A stretch of DNA of 54,896 bases, counting the filler, from Piptocephalis cylindrospora (taxonomy: Eukaryota), in assembly GCA_003614145.1 (NCBI GenBank). It is 2 parts of 2 records of this genome, joined end to end, with 100 filler letters (N's around TTAATTAATTAA, not from the genome) between each part and the next. Parts side by side here need not be neighbours in the genome. Positions count along the whole stretch, not along the records: positions 1 to 27,450 come from KZ987768.1; 1 more part is not named here. The stretch is one strand, 5' to 3'. Made by a program: the position numbers and the translations under genes. The notes beneath the pieces were generated by a model. It had not been told where the DNA came from. It saw nothing but the letters and a program-made list of their open reading frames with translations, and ran no database searches. Each line of letters opens with the position of its first letter. Position 1 is the first letter of the stretch. Shown here in pieces: positions 11,811 through 25,191 of the stretch.

Positions 11811-13506
11811 ATGGGCAAACAACGTGGGGCAAGTAAGGTCCAGAGACATGATCCGCTTTACGCGGAGCTCGCCACCGAGGCAGGTGGGGAGAAGTTGGGA
11901 GCAAGGCCCATCCGTGCCAAGTTTTTGGAGCGTAAGAACCGTACCGAACAGTCTGAGGTAAGAGAGCGTTGCGTAGCTGTACCCAAGGGCGATAGAAGAG
12001 TGCATGAATCAGGGCTGCAGCTATCACAATCACTCATTTCCTTTCCACACACTTGTTCTACAGGAATTTGTTGGGTCTAGCCTTTCCAAGAAGATTCTCA
12101 ACATTGCTCGTGAGCAGCAAGATGAGATGGCCGAGGGTGAGGAAGATATGGGAGGGGTTAAGCTACGGAGACAGGAAGTAATCCAGGCTGTCGGGGCCAC
12201 TGCTGATTCGGATAGCGAAGAGGAAGAGGAGATAGAAGAAGTAGAGGAATTTATTGACTTGGATGGAGGAGAAGCTGACATGGTAAGTCACGGGCTATTT
12301 TGACTCCCAATGTCACTAGCCTTTGCCTCATCGTCCCTCCCTCCTCCAGATGGTAGATGCGGATCAAGAGGCCATTCTCAGCCGATTCATCCCCTCTGCT
12401 CCGGGGGAACGGCAAAATCTGGCGGATCTCATCATGGCCAAGATCCGGGCTCATGAAGCCGGCGCCGGTGCCGATAACGAGGGTAAGCTGCTTCCTTTCA
12501 TAAAGAATGAGCATGGAATAAAGAGGGGTGTATCTACGCATCTCCATGTCTCATCCTATCTTCCCTTCCTCATCTTCCTAATGCCATAGAAGAAAATGCT
12601 TTGCCCCCTGGTGTCAACCCCAAGGTCGCGGCGGTGTATGGCCAGGTGGCCCAACTTCTGTCGAGGTACAAGTCGGGAAGGCTCCCTAAAGCCTTCAAGA
12701 TCATCCCCTCTCTGGCCAATTGGGAGGATATTCTTTATCTGACCGAACCAGACAAATGGACTCCTCACGCCGTCTTCCAAGCCACGAGGATCTTTGTATC
12801 GAACCTCAAGCCCAAGCAGAGTCAACGTTTTTTCTCCCTTGTCCTCCTCGACCGTGTTCGGGATGATATTCAGGATAACAAAAAGCTTAACTATCACCTT
12901 TATATGTCCATGAAGAAGGCCTTGTACAAGGCCTCCGCTTTCTTCAAGGGGATCCTTTTTCCTCTCTGTGAGGTATGTGGCTATTGACCCTTGATGAGAA
13001 GATGAGAAATTATCTTGACCCTCTATATTCACTGACCCACTCTTCCTTCCCACCATCTTTAGTCTGGGACATGCACATTAAGGGAGGCCGTGATTATTGG
13101 GAGCGTCTTAGCCAAGGTTTCCATTCCTATGCTGCACTCGGCCGCTGCCTTGCTCCGACTGGCAGAGATGGAATACACCGGGCCCAATAGCTTGTTCATC
13201 CGGACGCTCCTGGACAAGAAATACGCTCTTCCGTACAAGGTGGTAGATGCGCTCGTCTTCCATTTCATCCGCTTTCGGCAAGATCCTCGCGACATGCCTG
13301 TTCTGTGGCACCAATCTCTCCTGGTGTTTTGCCAAAGGTACAAGCAAGATCTGACACCCGAGCAAAAGGAGGTGCTTATGGAGTTATTGCGATACAAGCA
13401 GCATGAGGCCATTACCCCAGAGATTCGTCGAGAGCTTATTCACGCTGTCAGCCGTGACGACGTGATGGAAGGTCCTCCGGGCATGATGATGATGGATTCC
13501 GATTAA
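11811..13506 (+). CDS. ENP1: Bystin / Enp1, 40S ribosome biogenesis factor
   Basis: Spliced ORFs with [97 protein letters not shown]. Confidence 0.96.
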
Positions 13507-13941
13507 TACGTATGTTTTCCTCTTTTCCTCCCTAGACCAGAATAATGGTATGCTGCTGTTCATAGGGCGAATAAGGAGGGAAAGGTGTCACGGCTGCGCT
13601 TTATAGAGAGGTACAGTGGACTGCATCAAGTTATATAGGATATTGATGCTGATACGACATAAAAGGGCCAACAAGGTTTTTAGGGTTGCATGTCATCAAC
13701 TGTCACCAAACCCTCCCCACACGACAAGGTCACGCCTTCACCCTGACCCTAATGGCTAATTTCTTATGCCTCAGTTCAATTCCATTTTCAACCTCATTCA
13801 AGCGACTTTCTTTCTTCTCTTTCCACCCTCAGATCACACACATTCAATTCAAGGGCGAGAAAGTGCCCAAGGTCACCTCCTAATATCCACATCCACCCTC
13901 CGAACCCTCTCTTCAACTTGACATTACCAGAACAGATGGCC

Positions 13942-16216
13942 CTATTCAGTAGCCACTAGGACTGCTGCCTCTGTGGGGACGTAATAGGCGCCTTCCCGAA
14001 CGTACCGGGCCACGCGCTCGAGAATTGAGGGGGAGAAGGACTCGGCTGACAGAGGATTATGATCAATGGCCTGAAGGATGGCGAGTTTCCAATGCTATCA
14101 TCCAAACACATGAGAGGAAGAGAGATGGATAAAGGTGAGACGTTAGGCGCGCTCACCCCATATGTCCACCACACCAGTCAGCGAAGACTTACAGGACCCT
14201 CGCCCTCTGAACCCTGCTTCCGATCCAGAAGATACTCGATGCAGGATGCCTCGCCCGGAGGAGCTTCGTCCATGGCCATGGCATTCCTTCCCCAAGTCCT
14301 TTGTGCCAATCCATGAATACTGCTGTAGGATGGGATAAGAAGGTCCGGGAATGCCTGTTTGGTCCCGGCAATTAGCTTTCGCAGTAAACTAGCCCCGGAA
14401 GCATGGCTTTGATCCAAATCTTGGTCGACTCGACGCCACACCTCGTAAACCAAGCCATCCGTATCTGCCCCCATGGTCCGACTGTGTATGAAGGAATGGA
14501 ATATCTTAGAAGGGTCTTAAATAACGCTAGGATTAGTGCCGCTTACCTCGAGTTCAGGATTGTCGCAAGAGCTTCTACGGCCGCCACCCTCTCCTTCCCA
14601 ACCGCACTTGCATTGTTGAGGACTTGCTCCAGGAGGTCAGAAAGGGAGGACTGAAGAAAAAGAGGTAAGTTGGCGGGATGTGCCCCCAGGTGACCAATGA
14701 TGGCCAGAATCAAAGTCTAGGAGAGGAGTGAGTGCCTCTATACTATTTTCACTACACAGTAGAGCTCTTCACTTTGCATTTTCTTACCTTATGTTCCATT
14801 TCCGTGCTATGGTGGTAAAGAGAGAATATGGCAGGGAGAACAGCATACTTTTCCTCGATAAAGGAAATGTCGTGCAGCTAGATTCACTCGCGGATATATT
14901 AGGCATATGAGAAGCTAGAAAGGAGGGACTGGTGACTTGCTCTGAATTATTTCTCAACCCTTACCATGGCGATGCGAGCAATAAACTGCAAAAGTTTAGG
15001 AAGACACAGGCGCCCAGGTTGGTCCTCTCCTCGGTCTCGGAGAATTAAGACAGTTTCGGCCAAGACGCCTTGATCGATAAGGAATCGAAGGCCCTTTTCC
15101 GAAAGGGTCAACTACACCTCATCAAGAGATGCGAAAATGAGCCGACGGGAGGGGGAGTATGTGCCTGAACAACCCACGCACTTTACCTCACTAAAAATTT
15201 CAACGGCCAGCATGGCTGAGAGAGGGTCACGCATTTGGGAAAACTGGGTGATGAGTTCATCCATAATACATTCTTGCAGAACAAGCATGTCAAATGCCGA
15301 TGGGGACGAGAGAGCAATGCGGGCTGCTGCATCATACACTCGAAATTGTTGGACAGTATCATCTCTGTAGTCGAAAAAAGGTAAAATTAAATGAATGGAT
15401 AGAAAGGGAAAGAAAGGGTGTGTAACCTACATCAGGGCCATTTGGTGTAATTGGCTCAAGACGTGACTAGAAAGGATCAGGTTAATCTGGTCGGGTAATT
15501 CCGTGATCTAAATCCAGAGGTCGAAGGTTATGTCAACGTGTTAACCCATAGGACTATCCCCTGCGTATCCTTTATCCTCCCCGGAAAAGTACTTCTTACC
15601 AATGCTGCAACAAAAGCACTGATATCTTCACACAATTGGCTCGATCCATCCTCTAGAGCTTGGATGAGGCCAAAGAGTAATGGGGTGGCGAGGAAGGCGT
15701 CAATCTGTTCCCGGGATTTAAGGCACTTCTCACATTGTCTCAGCACAAGCTGTAGGACCGGCTCTGTGCTAGCCGACGTTAGAGCATTGATCAAGGGTTC
15801 CTAAGTCCTCCAATTAAAAGATTAGGAAGAATGAGTCGAAACTAGATGTTCATTAAACAAATATAGCCCACATCTAATCAATGGGCGCGCCAGAGAGCTA
15901 GAGCAAGCGATGAGCCTTACAGAGAATATTTCATACACGGCGGAGAAGGGAGCATTGGCGAGGAGGGTGGTAAGACGGTTGGCAGCGATGGCGGTGAGCG
16001 CATCGTTTCCGCTCTCAAGGAGGTCAACCAGCAGGTTACACTCCTTTAACGGCGGCTCAGCCTGACAACTCGCCTCTGCAGTGAAAGAGTAGAAGTAGCG
16101 GAATAACAAGGTAAGCATAGCTATGGACACACAGGACAAAGTATTGTATAGGGCTTACGATCAAATAGGCTAAGTGGAATTGCTTCGAGGGCCGCAGCAC
16201 GGTTGGCTCCGGTCAT
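13942..16216 (-). CDS. 26S proteasome base assembly chaperone, PSMD5/S5b (Hsm3)-like ARM/HEAT protein; start uncertain
   Basis: Multi-exon helical protein; DTVQQFRVYDAAARIALSS...DPLSAMLAVEIFSE and C-terminal YVREGAYYV...VATE* resemble PSMD5 (RYRVYEL..., YL.EGPYY). Stop TAG at 13942-13944; nearest in-frame ATG at 16216. Confidence 0.7.
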
Positions 16217-16774
16217 ACGGGCGGTGGTGACTTCCTCGAGAGATTGAAAGAGGGAAGGGGTCTCCATGGTATATGGCTATATTGATGCCGAGGTGGCGGT
16301 AGAGAGAGGGGATAAGATCACGAGGTACTGAAGGGAGGAGGTGAGGATAAAAGCAACAAGTAAGCCTGAAGCTCGCTTCCCCCCAGCAAGCATGACCACT
16401 CCCCTTTCATAAGTGGGAGAAGCGGACTTGCTTCCTCTGAACATTCTCAGGGCCAGAACGCGCAACCTACCTAATATCAAGTTAAAGTCAAATATATAAT
16501 TTGAGACAAGGTTTTCCCTTGTTTTATCCCCTCTGAGTGCGTTCTGCCCAATACCTCATCCTCATAAACAAGTGTCTCATATAGAGAGCAACAACAGGGC
16601 CAGCAACAATTAAAACGCCACTTTAAAAATATTTTTAAATCGTTGTTTTTGGGATCATAATATTTTACCTGATGATTAGCCTCCTCCTAACAGAGCAACA
16701 TAGTTGGTATAGAGGCCAGAAAATAATGGCTTTTCAAAGCAAATCTGACGATTAGCCAAGGGATCAAGTACGAA

Positions 16775-17520
16775 ATGAGTCGTACCAGGGTAAGAGCTGA
16801 AGGATATAGGAGTAAGAGAAAGGAAAGAAATATCCTCGGCCAAGAGTTTGGCTGCAAAAACACCACCTCATCCTTACCCCTCCCTTCATCCCACCCATCC
16901 TCTACCCTCCACCATGTCCCAGGCCATTGGAAAAGTATGGTGGCCTGGGCAGTCTGCTTAGATGGCATTTGCGCAGACCATCAATCTTGAAACTGACGCC
17001 CTCTCCCTGTCCATAGACGGCTTTGGCGTATGCTCGCGTCTGGCATCACGTTGATGTCAAGGATCGTATCCTGGGTCGCGTTGCTACAGGTATTGCCACT
17101 ACCCTTATGGGCAAGCACAAGCCCATCTATGACCCAGCTTCCGATTGTGGAGACTATGTGGTAGTGACCAATGCGCGGCACGTCCACTTGACAGGACGTA
17201 AGGAAAAGCAAAAGCTCTACCGTCATCACTCGGGCCATCCAGGCGGTCTCAAGGAGATTCCCTTGGAACGGATGCGTCGTACGCGACCAGAGGAGGTAAG
17301 CTGAAGTAGAGTAGCCGGGGACTGATGGTTAACTTGAATTACACTTAAACCCTTTTGTACCCCATAGACCATTCGCCGCGCCGTCTCTGGAATGCTGCCC
17401 AAAAATCGATTGAGGGATGGGCGGCTAAAGAGACTTCTCATCTTCCCGGATGAAGAGCATCCATATGCGCAGAACATTGTCCGCCGGTATGATCTCGAGG
17501 TTGAAACTCCCGCCCAATAG
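16775..17520 (+). CDS. MRPL23: Mitochondrial ribosomal protein uL13m
   Basis: Exon 1 ATGAGTCGTACCAGG|GTAAG; exon 2 [15 protein letters not shown]...[22 protein letters not shown]...[12 protein letters not shown]; exon 3 [15 protein letters not shown]...HPY; TAG at 17518-17520. Confidence 0.94.
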
Positions 17521-17710
17521 ACCGGTCGTATTGTGCTGTGTTTCTGATGATCATTGCTTTCTTGATGACATGGTATGGGGAAGGGTAGAGTCATTGACGC
17601 TGTGACATTAGAGTCATCCATAACAACATACATATAGTAGGTCAATGCTAGTTAGTTCAAGAAGCTTCATTGGACTCAGCATCAGACAGATCCTGACGGG
17701 CATGCTACCT

Positions 17711-19935
17711 TCAAAACTCCATTGGATCTCCCTCCAGGAGCATGGAGGAGGAGGACCGACTGAGCATGGCCTTAGTCCCTCCCTCCTTGGACATGCCCAA
17801 AAGTTTTCGAACAAAAGTCCGAAAGTAGGTAATGTGTGGTGCAAGAACGGTATCCTCTATCAGGGTTTTCTTCCTTCCTCGGGCCCCGTCCACTCCCTCT
17901 ACATCCCCAAATGATGATGAGGGGGCATCCGTAGGAGTATTTGAACTGCCCTGGGATGATCTGGTCCGTAATAGGGTCATAGCTTCCTCCACGACCGCTT
18001 GAATGGTGGGGACGGAAAATGGGTCGAATGTGTGAGCCTGAACAGGGTCAATGGGGACGCAAACGCGACCTAGATAAAGGAAAAGGTGAATTGTCAGGCG
18101 CATGGATGCAGGTATAAGTAATGGCAAAAAGGGAGCAAAATGGCCTCTTACCTGTCTTGGGATGAACACAAAAGGGAGACTTGAGCAAATGATTCATTTG
18201 AATGGAGACTTTATCATCCAGTCGGGGGTAACAATATTGAAAGACAATATCCCTTGGACCATTTCTTAGGTAATTGACTCGATTTTTCTACATAAGAGAG
18301 GATAGGAGATGGGAGGATAGACAATAAGGACACAATGCAATACACCATCCTCCATGCCTTCCATTACTCCCCTTACCTGAACCTTGCGTGTGAAGCGTTC
18401 GGTCTCTCGACACAGCTCGTCCCACTTTTCCCTTCCGGTCTTTTGCCTTCCAGAAGAAGAGGACCAAGAGGCGTGCAAATACTTTCTTAATCCTGGTTAT
18501 TAGGGGAAATGAATAAATAAGGTGAGTCAGAATGGTCACTCCAACCCATCGTGTCATTGGATTCATATACTCACCATCATCGGGAAGGATATGCAGAACT
18601 TTCGTCCAGGATTCTTCCTCATCTAAGACACCTTGGTCCCGAAGAACAACATCGGTAAAGTACTCTTCTAGCATCTTGTATGATCGACTGTTGAAGGAAA
18701 GGTAAAGGCATAAGCTTGTCGACCTTGATGCACGTACTCATTTAATATAGGTTCCCCTCTCCCCTTTACAGTGTGGTCTTACTCAAGGGTAGGAGGAAGT
18801 GTTCCAGGAAGCATAACCTTCCGCGCTTGCTGAGACCCGCCCTAATGGATGAGTAGAGGAGGCAATGTAATATGAGCCGACAGCAATGTCTCTTTATACC
18901 TCTTCATCAGCCAGCCATCCCTCACCTTGATGACCTCAAGCCACCCGACAATAGCCCTCCGGGCTTCGTTGCTCAACCTCCGTGCACGAGCATCAGCCAC
19001 CCAGCAATGAACACCACGTCTCCCGGAGTAAACCCACAAGAGATGCTGAAAGCCAAAATCCTCTGGAAAAAACGGAACGATGAAGAGGGAGAAATTTTGG
19101 GATGAGAAGGGATGCTCCACCCATGTTATCTCTACATAATCTTACCCCGAAGAGCTGTGTCGAGGATACGAATGGCAATGGTCATGAAGGACCAGCACTT
19201 GGGACAAATTTTTCCTCCACTACAGATTTTCCAAAATGTCAGAGAATATAGAATGGAGATGAAGCAACAGGCATCCCTTGGTCGCGTGGATGATTACCCT
19301 CATTTGACACATACCTGCAGCAAGTACGAATCTCATCGTAATCCGTCATATCAATATCAAAGACCAGTTCCTTTTCCACAGTCTGGAAGGCCTCAGGCCT
19401 CAGAGATTTCTTTTCCTTGGGCCTGGCAGTGTAGATAGCTCCAATATCAATCTTGACTGGGACCAAACGTATGAGATCCTGCTTGAGAGCCTCGGCGTCC
19501 TTGAAGGATTGATATCGAATATAGATGTCATCGGCAAGAGTAAAGGAAAACTCACGATGGGAAAAATTAGGGCTCGGCACTAGATATAGATAGACGAGTA
19601 TTTTCGTCAGAAGGAAAGGTCAAATATGAAGAAATAGGCCGTTAGTAAGGCAACTTACCTGGGCCATAGTTGAGCCATTGAAAGTACCATCGATAGGGAA
19701 AGAGGTGGGTGTAGTAAAAACGAAGGAGGAGGGACAGTTCTACCTGATCTCTGGCCACGATCAAAACAGTTGGGGGGAGGAGTAAGCGCAACAGGATAGG
19801 AGGATAGAGGAAGGGGGACAAACCTACTCTGCTGCCTGAGAGGAGGCAAATAGGTTGTTCGGCAGGGCCTCGGGCTCATCCCATACTGAAGCGCTGGTCC
19901 CTGGGTTGCCGTCTGTTTGAGCTGGGGGGGGGCAT
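17711..19935 (-). CDS. PRI1: DNA primase small (catalytic) subunit; first exon/start uncertain
   Basis: Exons with [88 protein letters not shown]. Confidence 0.93.
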
Positions 19936-20051
19936 CCGATGAATGAATTGTCTTGGATCGAGAGGAGGTAGGAGAGGGGGAAAAAACAAGGAGAAATGGG
20001 ACTTAAAGGATCAACAAAGCCAGAGCCCGCTTCATTTCACACTGCCAGGCC

Positions 20052-20415
20052 GGCGCGATAGTGCGGGGACTTCGAGGAGACGCGCTGTGGTGATGCATAT
20101 CGTGATGAGACGCGCTGCGGCTACAAAGACTGCGCAATAAAACGGGTTTCGTATTCTTATCAGGACGAGGCCTCGATGGGAATGCACTCAAGATACTAGC
20201 TAGCCTAACCTCTATTCAGGAAGGAGTAACCGCTCCCTTCTCAATATTCTTCAAGGAGAATTGACTTATGACTCTGCATGCTAATCAGCTTTACTGAATC
20301 TAAAGGCATCAGGCGAGCACGAGAGTGAATAGTTGAGTTAGCTCACTCGACCAGGCCGATCAGTGAGTTGATTGAATCGGGCGCCCTTTGGTTGATCCCA
20401 CAGGGTTTCGCGAAA
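20052..20415. promoter_or_regulatory. Cluster of CGCG cell-cycle-box-like motifs upstream of PRI1
   Basis: GAGACGCGCTG at 20077-20087 and 20107-20117, GGCGCGA at 20052, palindrome TTTCGCGAAA at 20406-20415; MCB/SCB/E2F sites share the CGCG core. Confidence 0.4.
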
Positions 20416-20773
20416 TAGTACGGCCAAGGAAGCTCTTAAGATCACACACAGAGTACTCCAGTTTAGAACCGGTAAATGGGCCGGTCAATGAATTAAAGAT
20501 CAATGTACCGATTGCTCGCTATTAGCTTAAGGATTCTTCCTACCTTAGCAAATGACAGTATGACTGGGACATGGATGGAGATTTGCATCATTCATCTTTT
20601 AAGAATCGCTCAATACGCCTACTTCCATCTCCTAACAATCCCATTCCATCCATGGGAAAGAGAGCTCCCAAGAATGGGAACAAATATCCCCTTCATGGCC
20701 TCACCCCATCATGGATGAGAGATGAGAAGGGTAGGATGCATCGCACACACGCACGTACCCATTCACCAGAACA

Positions 20774-21474
20774 CTAGTGGGCAGAGGCCTCATCGGCATC
20801 CTCAGACTCAAAATCCTCGTCAGGGAGTGCAAGACCTTCGTCCTGGGAGGCAGAGACATCCTCCTCGACATCGTAGGCGGCCAGGTCCGAGGACAGGCTA
20901 GTGGCATCCACAGAGGGAACAGCGGGCTTGGCAGGGGCGACAAAGTCCTTGACCTGGCCCTGCTCCATCTTGGTGGGCTGGGAGGGAGGAGGAAAAGTGA
21001 GTAGGGGCTAAGCAGGATAAGATTGAACGTTATCGTCACATGGTCCAACTTACCTCGGTGGTAGGCTTGTAGCCTTTAAGCTCCTTAAGGTACAGCTCTT
21101 GAACGAGGTCTACCCATGTACGCGTGTCACGGAAAGTGAGGGAAAAAGTGATGGTGAGAAACGCGCATTCTCGACTAGGACCAGCGCCAATAGGCTCTCC
21201 TCTAACTACGCCCTACAACACCTACCCTTGTTGCGAACAAAAGAAGGAGCCATAAAGGTCCGGGTCTGGGTGGTGGTCCGGTAGGCAGAGCGCTAGTATG
21301 AGAATAACATGTCGGTCAGTATGGATGAGAGAAAGAGAATGTGTGTGCCTCAAGTAGCTAGGGGAAAGTAGACCTCCCAGATTTCTCGTTCCCCCCACCG
21401 TATCTCTCCAAACGACTTACGGCCAGAGCAGAGGAAGATCGGGAAGCAGCAAGGCGGGCTAAGGAGAAAGACAT
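20774..21474 (-). CDS. ATP14: Mitochondrial ATP synthase subunit h
   Basis: Four short exons: R/S/A-rich presequence MSFSLARLAASRSSSALA..., then DLVQELYLKELKGYKP, GQVKDF..PAKP..P, DLAAYD and an acidic tail, typical of fungal subunit h. Confidence 0.85.
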
Positions 21475-22265
21475 GGTGAAAAGTGGATGAACTGATGGAC
21501 AAGGCCAACGGGAGAGGGGACGTCTGAGGAAAAGAAGAGTGGTTTGGAAACACCAAAAAAGGGTAAAGGTGGAGGTGGAGAAAGGACGGGAGGGAAGGAG
21601 GAGTGGGGGTGAGTGGGCGAGACTTGAAGCCAGACTCAACAGTGGAGGAATTGCTGGGCGAAAACGGGCCTAGAGAGAGAGGGAGAGGACAACCCTATTC
21701 ACATTCACCTTTCACTGTGTGTGCCTCGCTCTGAGAATCCGGAAGGATCATACCGTGTGTGTGTGCGGGTACTTGAGGAAGCGGTCATACCCGAGACGCC
21801 ACAGCGTTACGCGGGATAGATGGGCCGACAACAGGGGAAAAGGCGTCCATAATGATAATTAGGAGCAATTTCCAATAGAGAGGCCTATCTTCAACCGTGA
21901 TGGAGGGTCAAACATGGCAGTAACATTGTTGAGATCATGTAAGGACCTTTCTTTGCCAAAATAAACTCGGACGATTAAAGATAAATAGGATATTCTTGTT
22001 ATTTCTCAAGGAAAAATATTCAAGCAAAGGTATTGATTGATGTTTGAATCCAATTTCTGGCCAATGGTTGCATTCTAAAGCCTAAAATAATATAATATAA
22101 CCAAAGAGAATAATCAATAGTCTACTATTGGATGCTTTAAAGGCTTTCATTTCTCATTTATACTCGAAATCACTATTCAACCTTTGACCTGCTCAGGTGT
22201 AAAATAATCATTGTGGTTATGGTGTAGTAAAGAGTATATTGTACTATAAAAGAAAATTGATGCGC

Positions 22266-22338
22266 GCAGCTTTAGCTCAGTTGGGAGAGCGTTAGACTGA
22301 AGATCTAAAGGTCCTGTGTTCAATCCACAGAAGCTGCA
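22266..22338 (+). tRNA. tRNA-Phe (GAA), intronless
   Basis: GCAGCTTTAGCTCAGTTGGGAGAGCGTTAGACTGAAGATCTAAAGGTCCTGTGTTCAATCCACAGAAGCTGCA: acceptor stem GCAGCTT/AAGCTGC, anticodon stem TTAGA/TCTAA around GAA, TTTTT terminator just downstream. Confidence 0.97.
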
Positions 22339-23071
22339 TATCTTTTTAAGTCGTTTCTATACCAGAAATATAGGCTGTGACAGGCGGATGCAGAAAAATG
22401 ACATCTGGATATTATTGTTAGTACATTTTAGACAGAGCAACCCCTCCTACCCAGAGAGCACTTGTGTTGGAGAGCTGCCATCATACTTTTCATCAAAGAA
22501 GGAACGGTCGGATTCTTCTGACAAATACACTCTTTCGCATCTGTATCCCAATATTCTGTGATCTTGATTGACCGTGTCAGCAAGCATCTCGGCCTACATT
22601 CTATCTGATGATGCGATAGAGATGAGGCGGGGATTGTATTTGGAGACCGATTTAGCCTACCCCACCAAGAAGAAAATATAATAGTTTCATCATCATGCGA
22701 TGGAGATGTCAGTATACGTCGATGATTACTAGCAGTTATCATTTATCTAGGATAGGGAAGAGGTGCTTCCATTTACTAAAACAATGATTTTACTACCGAC
22801 TGTAGGGTATAATAAAGTCACCTTCCCCGACAGATGGAGTGGTGGAGTATAAATTGTGATAGTACCACAGTCATCCCCTACCACCGATCCCTTCCTACTG
22901 TCCACAGCCTGACCACCATCTCTCTCTTTCCCCCTCTCCTTCTTGACCTTCTCTTACTTACTCTTTACTCATTTAAAATCGTCTTACCCTCTACACTGTC
23001 TAGCCCCTTTCCATTATCTTCTTTGTTCCTCCCCCGTCCTATCCTCGTCTATTGATTACGAGAGAGTTGTC

Positions 23072-25191
23072 ATGAGGTGGTTACAGCTCTCCTCCTTGAT
23101 CGTTTCCTTCCTGCTCCTTGCTAGGACTGGGGCGGATGATGTTAGTCATCGGGTAAGTGCTCGGTAAGGGGCTGGACAGACTGTGTCCTTTTTATCCTCA
23201 CTCATCCACCTTATGCTATTTTCCCCTGGATAGTATGAGATTGGCGAGTTGGTTCCGGTGTGGGCGTCGACTGTGGGCCCTTATGGGAACCGGCAGGAGA
23301 CCTACTCATATAGCACTCTCCCGCTGTGCCCTTCGCTATTCCCATTGAAGCGCAAGCCTGAAACGCTAGGAGAGGCCTTACAGGGGATGGAACTGATGAA
23401 TCTGGGCATGGAGCTGGCCTTCCGTCGTAAGTGAAGGGATCAGAAGGGCATTCAGGGATGGATGCATCACGCTGACAGACTGTTCACTCTCTTTTTGGAC
23501 ATGGTAGAGGATCAAAAGGATGTGAGCCTGTGTGCTCCCTACCTGGTGGACAAGGAGGACATCTCCCTGATTCGGTATGCAGTGTCCAATGACTACTGGT
23601 ACGAAGTGTTTATTGATGATCTGCCGACGTGGTCTTTTATTGGGACGATGAATCCCAACAAGTCCTCCGAGGAGGGCCTGACTGCACCTTACCTGTACAC
23701 CCATCGGGAATTGGAGGTGGCCTACAATGAGGATCGAATCATTGGCGTTGACATCACTCCTTCCTCCTCGATTACTCTGGATGTAGCATCCTTGAGGCGG
23801 AATCCGGTCCAACTAACCTATTCTGTGACATGGATCTCAACAACAACGGCCTTTGCCGATCGATTTGATCGGTATTTGGATGCAGATTTTTTCGAGCACA
23901 AGGTACGTACACAGTTTCCTTGGCCATCCTCGTACGACCATCTCACCTCACTATCCTTTGACTCTTCCGTCTTGATCGTTATTGCAGGTGCACTGGTATT
24001 CTATCGCCAACGCTTTCCTCATGGCACTGGCGCTGACGACAGCAGTAGGGATCCTCCTAGCCAAGGCTCTGAGAAAAGATTTTGCTCGGTATGACCGAGA
24101 GGAGGACTTGGGAGAGCTGGGTCGGGATACGATGGAGGAGCGGGGATGGAAGCAGGTGCACGGAGATGTCTTCCGGGCGCCCAAACATCGGATCTATCTT
24201 GCAGGCCTACTCGGGACGGGCCGACAGCTTTTGGTTACCGTACTTTCTCTGATCCTCTTGACCATCCTAGGGGGTTTGTATGAAGAGTAAGTGGGTTTAT
24301 GATGACAATTTCCTTTTCATGGAGCCTTTTCACTCACCTTTTGCTCCCCCTCCCTCCTCTTTTTTATTTTTCACGTCCAGTCGGGCGTCGATCCTCTCCT
24401 CCGGCATCTTCCTCTACACAGCCTTTTCTCCAGTGGGGGGGTATGTGAGCGCAGGATACTATAAGAGGGAAGGAGGGAAGAACTGGGTGAGAAATGTGAT
24501 GATCACGGCTGGACTATGGCCTGGATTGTGTGCGGCAGTGATCCTGCCGGTCAATGTGCTGGCTATGCTACAGGGATCGGCTAGGGCGATTCCACTGACA
24601 ACAATGCTAATCTGTGCTCTGCTCTGGGTCGGACTCACCCTGCCTCTGACGCTTTTTGGGTCCTCGATGGCACGACACCGGCCAGCGGCTCCTCCCCCTC
24701 CGACGCGGACTCACCCGATCGCTCGACAGATCCCAGGAGCTCCGTGGTACCTGGACCACTTGCCATTATTTGTGGCATGCGGGGCGCTTCCCTTTGCCGC
24801 GGGCTTTCTTGAGCTCTACTATGTCCTCTCCTCCTTCTGGGCATACAAGGTATACTATGTGTATGGGTTTGCCCTTTTAGTGGGGGCCGTGGAGGTGGTC
24901 ATGGTGGGGTGTGTGGGGATCTCGGCGGTGTACGCTGTCCTCGGGGCCGAGGACTGGAGGTGGCAGTGGGTGGCTCTTGGGTCCGGAGCCTCTGCAGGCG
25001 GCTGGGCTTGGATCTACACGGTGTGGTTCTTCTGGCACCGAACCAACATCTCTGGCCTCTTCCAAGCGCTGTGGTACTTTGGCTATTCGGCTCTGGCGTG
25101 CACGGCCTTTGCCCTTATCCTGGGTGGAATGTCCCACCTTGCAGGGACGCTCTTTGTGTGGAGGATCTATCGGTCGGTGAAGATTGACTAG
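23072..25191 (+). CDS. Nonaspanin / TM9SF (EMP70 family, TM9SF3-like) protein
   Basis: Signal peptide MRWLQLSSLIVSFLLLARTGA; VGPYGNRQETYSY, ETLGEALQG, FIDDLP, HWYSI.N, EERGWKQVHGDVFR, GALPF, EDWRWQW; ends in the KxD Golgi-retention-type motif VKID*. Confidence 0.94.
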
